From NCBI GenBank assembly GCA_043778225.1, contig JAYWGM010000067.1, positions 1-19,419 of the forward strand: 19,419 nucleotides of DNA, in the 5' to 3' direction. The notes beneath the pieces were generated by a model. It worked only from the letters and a program-made list of their open reading frames with translations, was not told the origin of the DNA and did no database searches. Both the position numbers and the translations under genes were made by a program. Positions 7,975 to 18,125 of this stretch are shown one piece after another; the first letter of the stretch is position 1; each line of letters opens with the position of its first letter. Source of the DNA: Deinococcales bacterium (GTDB lineage Bacteria > Deinococcota > Deinococci > Deinococcales > JAAFIG01).

Positions 7975-8727
7975 ATGCAACGTTCAGAATTGGTGCAGTG
8001 GCTAGACTCCTACCTCGAGACCGCAAAAATCCCAGATGGCAGCCTCAATGGCTTACAATTCGAGGGCAGCCAAACGGTATCTCGAGTTGCCTGTGCGGTG
8101 GACTCGAGCCTTGCCACGATCGAAGCGGCGGTCGAGTCTGGGGCGGATTTTTTAATTGTCCACCATGGTTGGTTCTGGAAAAATGTTCAGCCGATTACTG
8201 GACCTTTTGCTAAGCGGGTCAAGACTGCCGCCGCCGCCAATCTAAACCTTTATGCTTCGCATTTGCCTTTGGATGCTCACCCAGAAGTTGGCAACAACAT
8301 TCAGATGGCTAAATTTTTGTCCTTAAAAAACATCGAACCATTTGGACAGGATAAAAACCTCAGCCTTGGTTTTATGGGGCAGCTACCTGTGCCGCTCAGT
8401 TTACAAGACCTTGCCGATAGCGTCCAGAAAATTACCGGCGAAGTCTGTCTGGTGCATGGTGGCGGTCAAGCCATGGTCTCGAGCATTGGGATTGTTTCGG
8501 GTGGCGCGGCTGGTTTTGTTGACCAAGCAGCGCTGGCTGGTTTGGACTGTTTTATCACTGGCGAACCAAGCCACGCTCATTTTGCCGATGCCTTTGAGTA
8601 CGGCATCAATGCAATTTTTTGTGGACACTACGAATCCGAAGTCTTTGGGGTTAAAGCCCTTGCCATTAAGCTCGAGGATACCTTCAATTTGCCTTGGCAA
8701 TTTCTGCACTTGCCAACAGGGCTTTAA
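7975..8727 (+). CDS. Nif3-like dinuclear metal-centre protein (YbgI family)
   Basis: D.S.NGLQ.EG, VHHG.FW, SHLPLDAHPEVGNN, FITGE and GHY.SE.FG. Start revised to ATG 7975. Confidence 0.93.
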   Translation: MQRSELVQWLDSYLETAKIPDGSLNGLQFEGSQTVSRVACAVDSSLATIEAAVESGADFLIVHHGWFWKNVQPITGPFAKRVKTAAAANLNLYASHLPLDAHPEVGNNIQMAKFLSLKNIEPFGQDKNLSLGFMGQLPVPLSLQDLADSVQKITGEVCLVHGGGQAMVSSIGIVSGGAAGFVDQAALAGLDCFITGEPSHAHFADAFEYGINAIFCGHYESEVFGVKALAIKLEDTFNLPWQFLHLPTGL

Positions 8728-9362
8728 CCTCTTGGCACTTGATGGTGCGTTCCACAGCGCGGCTCATAGCTTTCGGCAGCCCCAACCATAATCACGGGGT
8801 CATCGTAGCGGGCGGGCATTCCATTGACCAGACGCTGGGTGCGGGTGGCGGGTGCGCCACAAATCGGACAAATCGCAGTCAGTTTTTCGACGTGTTCGGC
8901 TCGAGCCAGTAACTCGGGCATGATGCCAAATGGCTCGCCACGAAAATCGAGGTCTAAACCACCACAAATGACCCGCACGCCAGCCCGAGCCAACTCGAGC
9001 GCCAAAGCAACCACACCGTCATCCATAAACTGGGCTTCATCGAACGCCACCACGTTGGGCAGCTTGATTTCGTGGGCATCGGGGTTCTCGAGTCCAAACA
9101 AGGCTGGTTGTGGGGCTAAACCGAGCGCCACACGAATCTCGAGCGTGCTTTGAATCGCTTGGGCTTCGACCGTTCGCCCAGCGTGGCTGGCAAGTGCCGT
9201 GAGGTGATAACGGTCGTCGAGGACTGGCTTAAAAACCCGCACTTGCTGTTTGGCAATCAGGGCGCGGGTCACACGGCGAATCAGTTCTTCGGACTTGCCG
9301 CTAAACATCGGTCCGCAGACCACTTCGATATGACCACTGGGGAAAAAAGGCTCGAGAGGCAT
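8724..9362 (-). CDS. tdk: Thymidine kinase
   Basis: GPMFSGKSEELIRR, DEAQF, GLDLDFRGEPFG, KLTAIC..CG and YEPRC..H. Start at ATG 9362 preferred (TAGTAT 8 nt upstream); 9380 is the alternative. Confidence 0.96.
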   Translation of the reverse strand: MPLEPFFPSGHIEVVCGPMFSGKSEELIRRVTRALIAKQQVRVFKPVLDDRYHLTALASHAGRTVEAQAIQSTLEIRVALGLAPQPALFGLENPDAHEIKLPNVVAFDEAQFMDDGVVALALELARAGVRVICGGLDLDFRGEPFGIMPELLARAEHVEKLTAICPICGAPATRTQRLVNGMPARYDDPVIMVGAAESYEPRCGTHHQVPRG

Positions 9363-9384
9363 GAACTCGAATACTAACATTTTA

Positions 9385-9409
9385 CCTTTTGACCTTTTTG
9401 CCTTAGACT
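9385..9409 (+). repeat. Short copy of the octamer array (2 units) ending in a CCTTAGACT -10 box
   Basis: CCTTTTGA, CCTTTTTG, CCTTAGACT. ATG 9416 is 6 nt after TAGACT. Confidence 0.7.
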
Positions 9410-9415
9410 CTTTTT

Positions 9416-10207
9416 ATGCCTACACAGTCTGTTCGCTTTGATAACGGTCCAAAGCTCTATCCTTTCAAAACCGACCTCGAGTACACCTTAAACACCAGAG
9501 TCGTGGTCAATTCGCGCCGTGGTCTCGAGGTTGCCACGGTGCGCGATACCGCCCGAGGCAATTCTGAACACGTTGGTGGGGAAATTCTGCGCCTTGCCAC
9601 CCCCGAGGACATCACCCGATGGACAAAACTCGACTCCGATGCCAACGACTTAAAATGGTTTTTGCGTGCCAAGGCTCGAGAGTACCGCTTGCCAATTAAG
9701 GTCGTGGCGCTCGAGTTTACTTTGGATGGCAGTAACTTAACTGTTTCGTACTCGAGCGAAGAAAAAGTTGAATTGCGTGTCTTGATTCAAGACTTGAGTT
9801 CGCGCAGTTCGGCACACATTCATTTTCATGCGATTGGCGCACGTGACCAAGCCCGAATTTTAGGGGTCTTGGGGGTCTGTGGGCGCGAGAATTGCTCGAG
9901 TCATCATTTGCAAGAATTTACCCCCGTCACGATTCGGATGTCTCGAGACCAGCAGTTGCCACTCAATCCAGAAAAAATCTCAGGTCCGTGTGGGCGTTTA
10001 CTTTGTTGCTTGCAGTACGAACACGAAATGTACTTGGATTTACTCAAAAATCTGCCGCGCAAAGGTGCAAAAGTGTGCAGCACCGAAGACGAAAGCCAAT
10101 GTGGCAAAGTCATGAAAATCAATCCGCTCAAGCAAAGTGTTGAAGTCAAGTCCGATGAAGGCGCATGGTTTGAAATTGCCAAGGAACACCTAAAAAGTGT
10201 GCGCTAG
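9416..10207 (+). CDS. PSP1-domain protein (YaaT/RicT family)
   Basis: IGARD.A..LG.LG.CGR..C, P.TI.M.RDQ.L.LNPEKISG.CGRL.CCL.YE. Confidence 0.92.
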   Translation: MPTQSVRFDNGPKLYPFKTDLEYTLNTRVVVNSRRGLEVATVRDTARGNSEHVGGEILRLATPEDITRWTKLDSDANDLKWFLRAKAREYRLPIKVVALEFTLDGSNLTVSYSSEEKVELRVLIQDLSSRSSAHIHFHAIGARDQARILGVLGVCGRENCSSHHLQEFTPVTIRMSRDQQLPLNPEKISGPCGRLLCCLQYEHEMYLDLLKNLPRKGAKVCSTEDESQCGKVMKINPLKQSVEVKSDEGAWFEIAKEHLKSVR

Positions 10208-10231
10208 GCTCGAGACGCAAATCTCGAGCCT
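10206..10231. terminator. Hairpin between convergent PSP1 and murA genes, built from two CTCGAG copies
   Basis: AGGCTCGAGA-CGCAAA-TCTCGAGCCT, a perfect 10-bp stem. Weak U-tract. Confidence 0.55.
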
Positions 10232-10247
10232 TGCAGCTGGCTTATTT

Positions 10248-11558
10248 TTAAGCCGCGTTGACCAAAGTCATTTCGTCGCGTCCAATGTTCACACCAAGAC
10301 TCGAGAAGCGCTCAATCAGGCGCTCATAGCCACGGTTAAGGTACTGTACCCCTTCAATTCGGCTTTCGCCTTGGGCGGCGGCAGCAGCAATCACCAAGGC
10401 TGCGCCAGCCCGAATATCGGCGGCTTTGACGGGCGCACCAGTCAGGCTCGAGCCTTCGATTAAAATGCTGTGGTCAAGCACTTCGGTTTTTGCGCCAAGG
10501 CGGTTTAACTCGCCACTGTAACCAAAACGGGTGGTGTACACAGGGTCGGTAATACGGCTATGCCCCGAAACGGTCGCCAAATAAGCTGCCATCATCGGTT
10601 GTAAATCGGTTGGGAAGCCCGGGAAAGACGAAACCGTCACCGAGACTGGTTTAAGAATCATGTCTCGCGCATCAAGGTGAATCGTGGTCTGGTCTAACTC
10701 GAGAATTTTGACCCCGCTTTCGGTCAGTTTAGCGGTCAATGCCCGCAAGTGTTCGGTGTTGGCATGGGTCAAGGTCAGTTCGCCTCGGGTGGCAGCCGCC
10801 GCCAATAAATATGTGCCAGCCTCGAGTCGGTCCGGGATGACACGGTACTCGCCACCGTGCAGCGCAGCAACCCCTTCAATCTCGAGCGTGTGCGTGCCAA
10901 TACCCAAAATTTTTGCGCCAAGGTGATTTAAGAAATTACAGAGGTCAATCACATCGGTGTCTATGCTGGCGTTCTCGAGGCGGACAATGCCAGTTCCTAA
11001 AACGGCAGCGCAAACGGCATTTTGTGTTCCACCAACGGTCAGCATATCAAAAACAAAACGCCCAGAAAGCGGACGGTCACGCACCGCGATAATATCGCCG
11101 TTGTTGTCCACAACGGTCACACCCATCGCCTTTAGGGCTTTGAGGTGCTGGTCTATCGGGCGCACCCCAAAAGTGCAGCCGCCGGGCTGTGGCACTCGAG
11201 CTTCGCCAACTCGGGCAAGCAAAGGACCTAAAACATTAAAGCTGGCTCGCATTTTACTGACCAAGCTGTACGGGGCTTCAACACTGGTGATTTCTGGGGC
11301 GTGAAGTGTCAGCGTATGTTCGCCTTGCCATGCAAATTTGACCCCAAGGCTTGAGACAATCGCCAAGATTACTTCGACATCGGATAAACGCGGAATGCCA
11401 TGCAGGGTAACTGGTTCGGTAAACAAAATACTGGCAGCCAAAATTGGCAGGGCTGCATTTTTACTTGGATTGACAGGTAAAGTTCCCGAAATTGGGTTGC
11501 CCCCACGAATAAGAAGCGGTGCGCTGGACATGGTTTTTGATTCAAACAGTGGTGGCAT
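10248..11558 (-). CDS. murA: UDP-N-acetylglucosamine 1-carboxyvinyltransferase
   Basis: SKNAALP, KMRAS, PGGC.FG.RPIDQH (catalytic Cys present), PDRLEAGTY, PGFPTDLQ, DIRAGAAL and RGYE. GGGAG RBS upstream of 11558. Confidence 0.97.
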   Translation of the reverse strand: MPPLFESKTMSSAPLLIRGGNPISGTLPVNPSKNAALPILAASILFTEPVTLHGIPRLSDVEVILAIVSSLGVKFAWQGEHTLTLHAPEITSVEAPYSLVSKMRASFNVLGPLLARVGEARVPQPGGCTFGVRPIDQHLKALKAMGVTVVDNNGDIIAVRDRPLSGRFVFDMLTVGGTQNAVCAAVLGTGIVRLENASIDTDVIDLCNFLNHLGAKILGIGTHTLEIEGVAALHGGEYRVIPDRLEAGTYLLAAAATRGELTLTHANTEHLRALTAKLTESGVKILELDQTTIHLDARDMILKPVSVTVSSFPGFPTDLQPMMAAYLATVSGHSRITDPVYTTRFGYSGELNRLGAKTEVLDHSILIEGSSLTGAPVKAADIRAGAALVIAAAAAQGESRIEGVQYLNRGYERLIERFSSLGVNIGRDEMTLVNAA

Positions 11559-11625
11559 CGACGTACTCCCTTTTTCCCATTATGGCGGGACACCGTAGTG
11601 TTTGGTACACTATACCCAAATCTCG

Positions 11626-11730
11626 AGTATCAGATGAGTATTATACACATCAACAGTAGAATACGAAAGTGGCTTGCTATTAGCCCTATACTCTTAGCTA
11701 GGTGAACACACAAGTATCACACCAGCATCA
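11626..11730 (+). promoter_or_regulatory. Two pairs of AGYATYA direct repeats with 11-bp period (candidate operators)
   Basis: AGTATCA 11626 / AGTATTA 11637 and AGTATCA 11713 / AGCATCA 11724, in the divergent murA-RHH intergenic region. Confidence 0.4.
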
Positions 11731-11756
11731 TTAAACTCGTGCTAACATAGCGCACA

Positions 11757-11981
11757 ATGCCAAAGAAAGAAAAAAAGCGTCTTCAAGTGGTTATCTCCGA
11801 CGAACAAGACGCACTCCTGACCAAAGCTGCCTATGAACTGAGCAGCCCCGAGCGCCTTGTCTCTAAATCCGAGGTGGTGCGCTTGGCAATCGAAAAAATC
11901 AGTGCCGAACTCGAGAACTCCAGCGCCCTCGAGCCGCTCTTAAAGCAATTGCTGGCTGAAGAAAAAGATGATGAAGACTAG
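11757..11981 (+). CDS. Small ribbon-helix-helix-like DNA-binding protein
   Basis: KRLQVVIS (beta strand), DEQDALLTKAAYEL (helix), SKSEVVRLAIEKI (helix B signature) and an acidic tail. TGn-TAACAT (11743-11748) is 8 nt upstream. Confidence 0.75.
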   Translation: MPKKEKKRLQVVISDEQDALLTKAAYELSSPERLVSKSEVVRLAIEKISAELENSSALEPLLKQLLAEEKDDED

Positions 11982-12384
11982 GAGGAAGGAGGAAGGAGGA
12001 AAGAGGAAAAACCCAATTTTTCTTTTCTCGCTTCTCTTTCCTCTGCTCTGTTCTTGCAGTTTTACTTTTATTCCGTTCGCACCACGCCCACTCGAGATTC
12101 CACCAGCCATCATTATTGGGTCTGAAAGCGCCTTGAGCCGTTCGCAGGACTCGGTCATCCTCAAAGTCAAGTTGCTGCAAGTTCCCAACGAAGGCTACCT
12201 GAGTGCCAGTTTGTACCTCAAGTCCGAGCGCACTGAGCGCCGCATCAGCGAAGACAGCCAACTGATTACCGCCAAATCTAAAAGTCTCGAGTTTCGTTTT
12301 CCAGATGCCAAAATTGGCAGTTATCGCGCTTATTTATTTTGGCAGGGCAGCATTGTTCGCCAATTTGAGTTTGTTCTCGAGTAG
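11968..12384 (+). CDS. Putative lipoprotein with beta-rich mature domain
   Basis: Basic n-region, hydrophobic h-region and LLCSC lipobox (Cys at 12055). Start at 11968 or 11971 overlaps the RHH gene end. Confidence 0.7.
   Translation: MMKTRRKEEGGKRKNPIFLFSLLFPLLCSCSFTFIPFAPRPLEIPPAIIIGSESALSRSQDSVILKVKLLQVPNEGYLSASLYLKSERTERRISEDSQLITAKSKSLEFRFPDAKIGSYRAYLFWQGSIVRQFEFVLE
11981..12043. repeat. Heptamer arrays (GGAGGAA x3 + AGAGGAA, then TTTTCTC/GCTTCTC/TTTCCTC)
   Basis: Purine heptamers 11981-12008 and roughly complementary pyrimidine heptamers 12023-12043. Confidence 0.75.
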
Positions 12385-12404
12385 CGTTTTTACTGGTGTG
12401 CTAG

Positions 12405-14154
<1,750 letters not shown>

Positions 14155-14158
<4 letters not shown>

Positions 14159-15255
14159 AATTTCTTTTGGAAAATTCGATAGCGTTTATAGGGAATTGCC
14201 CCCAAGGCTCGCATCCCGTTGTTAATTGCCTCATTGCTCTCGAGTGTCCAACCAAATTCGCCACTGCTGTACTTTTTTTGCCCTTGCTGGAAAGTTTCGG
14301 CGTACAGCAAAGCATCTAAGCCACGTCCTTGGAAATCGTTGAGGATACCCAAAGCAATCAGCCGCATTCGGGTGTACTTAAAAAATTGCAATTTAAGCAG
14401 CCCGAATGGCAAGAGCTTACCTCCTGTACCGGGCAAGGCTTGATTTAAGTCCGGTAAAACAACACTAAACGCCACCGCTCTACCATCTATTTCGGCAATA
14501 TAGCTAATTTGTTGGTCGGCAGCTTGCCCCAGTTTATTTTTTAATTTCTTAATTTCGGCATCCGTCCACGGTACAAAACCAGCATTTTGACTCCAAGCAC
14601 TGTTATAAATGGCTTGGATATGCACCGCTTCGTCATCTAACTTCTTAAAGTTAATCGGGCGCAAAGTGACTTTTAAGTTGCGTTTGACCCGTTCTGCAAT
14701 CCGCACGATGCGTTCGGGTAAGCCTTGCTGCACCGTCATTTTCCAAGCAAAAGTGTCGTCGTATTTTTGGTAATTGGCAGCCTCAGACCAAGCAATATAC
14801 TCGAGTGGGTTGTAATTCATCATGATCGTTGGCGGGTCGTCAAAGTTTTCCATTAAAAACCCGTGCATATCATTTTGTTCGACTTTGCTCGGACCGATGA
14901 TTTTGGTCAAACCACGTGTCCGCCCCCAATTTTCGACTCGCTCGAGCAGCGCTTTGAAAATAGCGGCGTTATCGGCTTCGAGACTCGAGAATAAAACTGA
15001 ATTTTCTGAGCGAAACTTATTAAAACTTTGATCGAGAATCGCGGCGATGCGTCCAACCACTTTGTTGTTCTCGAGCGCAATAAAAAGCTCAATTTCGGCA
15101 TGGTCAAAAAAAGGATTTTGTTTGGGGTCGGTGTCAGCCCATTCTTGAATCAGTAATGGTGGAACCCAAGTTGGATGGTGACGGTATTTTTGATAAGGGT
15201 ACTCAATCCACAATTTGCGCTCGGCTCGAGTGGTGACACTTTTTATTTCGGTCAT
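14155..15255 (-). CDS. GNAT-fold acyltransferase, YghO / bacterial ceramide synthase-like family
   Basis: WVPPL, NPFF.HA...F.A.....VGRI.A..D, GP, F..PP..MM.YN...Y, YN.AW..N.GFVP, PD.NQ, FQGRG (acyl-CoA motif A) and W.LE.N. TAAATT is 6 nt upstream. Confidence 0.8.
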
Positions 15256-15331
15256 GGCTACAATTTAGCCTTTTTTCGGGGTCGGGTGCAATTTTACAAC
15301 ACAAGAGGTCAAGACATGAGTAAAATGGCGT

Positions 15332-16522
15332 ATGTTCCTATACGCATCTCGGCGAATCGTGGCAATGATTCCGATTCTATTGGCAGTCTCGATGGCTATT
15401 TTTGGCTTGATTCAATTACAACCGGGCGATTTTATCGATGAAATGCGCCTTGCCAATCCAAAGATGACTTCTGCCGATGTGGTTCGACTGCGCCGCGAAT
15501 ATGGTTTAGACCAACCGTGGTATGTGCAGTATGGCAAATGGCTCAATCGTGCAGTGCGCCTTGACTTTGGCTTGTCTCGAGAAAACGGCTATGAACCAGC
15601 TGCCAACTTTGTGTTTGAACAACGCCTTGGCAACACCATCACTTTATCGGCAACAGCTTTTTTTATAGCCCTCTTAATTGGCATCCCAATTGGTATTTAC
15701 GCAGCCGTGCGGCAGTACAGCTTACTGGATTACATCACCACTTTTTTATCGTTTGTTGGTTTTAGTGTTCCAGTCTTTTGGCTTGGCATCATGATGCTGA
15801 TTTTATTTGGTGTAACTTTTAAGATTTTCCCGATTGGCGGAATACAAAGCGAAGATGTCAGTATTTATGTAGAAAGCCCAGTCCAATTTGATGTCACGGG
15901 ACAAGTCAAAAAAATAGCTTCTCGAGACGGCAATAGCATCATTACTATTGGGGTCTACAACGATGCCTCAAAACTCGAGATTCCCAAAGAATTTACACTC
16001 CCATCTGGGATTCGCCCCGCCGTGCTGACTGGCGATTATGTCTCCCAAGGACAAAGCGTCGGGCAGGAAGTCACCGCCGAATCGTGGTGGCGCTGGCTGC
16101 TTGACCGACTGCATCATTTGGTTTTGCCTGCGGTGGCGCTCTCGATTATTTCGATTGCTGGCTGGACTCGTTTTATGCGTGCCAGTTTACTCGAGGTGAT
16201 CAATCAAGATTTTGTGCGTACCGCTCGAGCCAAGGGTTTAACCGAACGAATTGTGATTTATAAGCACGCCCTTCGCAATGCCTTAATTCCGATTGTGACG
16301 CTGGTTGGTTTGTCGATCCCCGGTATCTTAAACGGCGCAGTCCTGACCGAAACCGTATTTAATTGGCCCGGCATGGGAACAGCCCTTTTAGACAGTGTGA
16401 TTAAAAAAGATTACAACGTTGCGATGGTGATTCTAATGATGCTCAGCATTGTAACGCTCGCCGCCAACCTTTTAACCGACCTCGCTTATGCACTGGTAGA
16501 CCCACGCATTCGCTATAACTAA
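15332..16522 (+). CDS. Peptide/nickel ABC transporter permease (OppB/DppB type) with ~70-aa extramembrane insertion
   Basis: PGD, GLDQP.YVQY, HLVLP, EAA loop QDFVRTARAKGL, KHALRNAL, ETVFNWPGMG and DPRI. Confidence 0.93.
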   Translation: MFLYASRRIVAMIPILLAVSMAIFGLIQLQPGDFIDEMRLANPKMTSADVVRLRREYGLDQPWYVQYGKWLNRAVRLDFGLSRENGYEPAANFVFEQRLGNTITLSATAFFIALLIGIPIGIYAAVRQYSLLDYITTFLSFVGFSVPVFWLGIMMLILFGVTFKIFPIGGIQSEDVSIYVESPVQFDVTGQVKKIASRDGNSIITIGVYNDASKLEIPKEFTLPSGIRPAVLTGDYVSQGQSVGQEVTAESWWRWLLDRLHHLVLPAVALSIISIAGWTRFMRASLLEVINQDFVRTARAKGLTERIVIYKHALRNALIPIVTLVGLSIPGILNGAVLTETVFNWPGMGTALLDSVIKKDYNVAMVILMMLSIVTLAANLLTDLAYALVDPRIRYN

Positions 16523-16535
16523 AAAAGGAAAAATA

Positions 16536-17702
16536 ATGACAACCACCATTAAAAAAGACCAAAGTTCTGGCTCAAAAACTTGGCAGCGATTCACCAAACA
16601 CCGTGCAGCCATGATTTCTGCTGTGGTGCTGCTGTTGCTACTGCTGGTTTCGATTTTTGCGCCAATCGTCGCACCGTATGCCCCAGATAAAATAGATTCT
16701 TCAAACCTCTATTCGGCTTCCTCGAGCCTGCACTGGATGGGAACAGATGGCTTAGGACGTGATGTCTTCTCTCGAGTTTTACACGCTGGGCGGGTTTCTT
16801 TGCTTGTCGGTATTTTGGTCGCCATTCTGTCAGCCATCATTGGTGTGGTCATGGGCTTAATGGCGGGTTATTACAGTGGTATTCCGTGGTTACTTTCGGT
16901 TGGGAGTGGTAGCCATCTGTGGGCTGAGCGCAAAAATGCCGAAGGATCAAGTTTTGTCTGGCGCACGGGTGTACGTTGGCTGGTCTGGGTTGGCATTATT
17001 TTTTTCATTTTACAAATCACCAGTCAGTTTGCGGCTACTTTTGTCGGCACAAGCGCGGTACTGGCGTGGGTCGTTGGTGGTGGGCTGGCGGCGACAGCAG
17101 CTTACTTTGCTTTTTATAAGGCAATAGTCATCGACATAGATAACGCCATCTCGAGATTGATTGATGTGATGCTGAGTTTACCGAATATCCCATTTTTACT
17201 GATTTTGTCGGGTTTATTGGCAAATCCAGATGTGCCACTGGGTGATTTTTTGAATGGTATTTTTGGGCAGTCACGCTCGATTGTGCTGATTATTTTTGTG
17301 CTGACACTTTTTGGTTGGCTTGGTACGGCTCGAGTCATTCGTGGGCTGGTTTTAAGTCTGAGGCAACGCGAATTCACCGATGCGGCTCGGGCGCTTGGCT
17401 CGAGCGACTGGCGGATTATGCTGGCGCACTTGTTGCCCAACGCGATTGCACCGATTATTGTACAGGTCACGCTCGATGTTGGCAATAATATCGTTTCAGA
17501 AGCGGCACTCAGTTTTCTCGGTTTTGGGATTCAAGAACCGACCGCCTCTTGGGGCAATATGCTATCTGGGGCGCAGGAAGCCATTTTTCAAAGCCCATTC
17601 ACGGTTTTTTGGCCCGGTCTGTTTATTCTTTTAACCAGCCTGAGCATTAACTTTTTAGGCGATGGCTTACGCGATGCGCTCGACCCGCGCAGTCGGCTGT
17701 AG
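16536..17702 (+). CDS. Peptide/nickel ABC transporter permease (OppC/DppC type) with extra TM hairpin
   Basis: HWMGTDGLGRD..SR, EAA loop REFTDAARALG, HLLPN, EAALSFLGFG, SWG.ML and GDGLRDALDPR. AAGGA RBS. Confidence 0.93.
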   Translation: MTTTIKKDQSSGSKTWQRFTKHRAAMISAVVLLLLLLVSIFAPIVAPYAPDKIDSSNLYSASSSLHWMGTDGLGRDVFSRVLHAGRVSLLVGILVAILSAIIGVVMGLMAGYYSGIPWLLSVGSGSHLWAERKNAEGSSFVWRTGVRWLVWVGIIFFILQITSQFAATFVGTSAVLAWVVGGGLAATAAYFAFYKAIVIDIDNAISRLIDVMLSLPNIPFLLILSGLLANPDVPLGDFLNGIFGQSRSIVLIIFVLTLFGWLGTARVIRGLVLSLRQREFTDAARALGSSDWRIMLAHLLPNAIAPIIVQVTLDVGNNIVSEAALSFLGFGIQEPTASWGNMLSGAQEAIFQSPFTVFWPGLFILLTSLSINFLGDGLRDALDPRSRL

Positions 17703-18071
17703 AATTGCCTACTCAATATCCCAACAGGTGCTGGAGCAAGACCCCAAGCTGTGGTCGTCCCACCAAGTCTCGAGAACAGTTTAATTCGGGTTACTGGTTT
17801 TAGCCCGACCGTCTCGAGTTCAGGTGATTTAACGGTGCTGACTGCGGGTACGCCAGTTTCGAGCAGCATTCCAATCAGTTATGTCTGCTCGAGTGCTGGC
17901 ACGTTTACTGGTTTTGTGAATGTGGTTTACGGCACTGGGGCAACTGATGAGGCTGGTGTGGCTATTCTCGAGAAGGTGGCTGTGTTGGTGAACGTAATTT
18001 TAGAAACCGATAAAGCCGATACTCGAGACGAAAGCACTGTGGATGTGCGAATTGACCACTACGAAATATGA
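17703..18071 (+). pseudogene. Probable fragment of a Ser/Thr/Val-rich extracellular beta-sandwich protein
   Basis: Open frame with no RBS, -10 box or signal peptide. Alternating beta pattern (IPISYVCSSAGTFTGFVNVVYG). Confidence 0.4.
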
Positions 18072-18125
18072 AATATCGAGTACAATAGATTGGGAGTTAG
18101 GTTTGCAAAAGTGCGAGGAGTTCAT

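Noticed and set aside
5745..10207. RapZ plus RicT/PSP1 as an RNA-decay supercluster
   Set aside because: The genes are in separate transcription units, no RNase gene or sRNA is visible, and proximity alone is insufficient.
10248..11558. Fosfomycin-resistant MurA variant
   Set aside because: The active-site Cys (PGGC) is retained rather than replaced by Asp.
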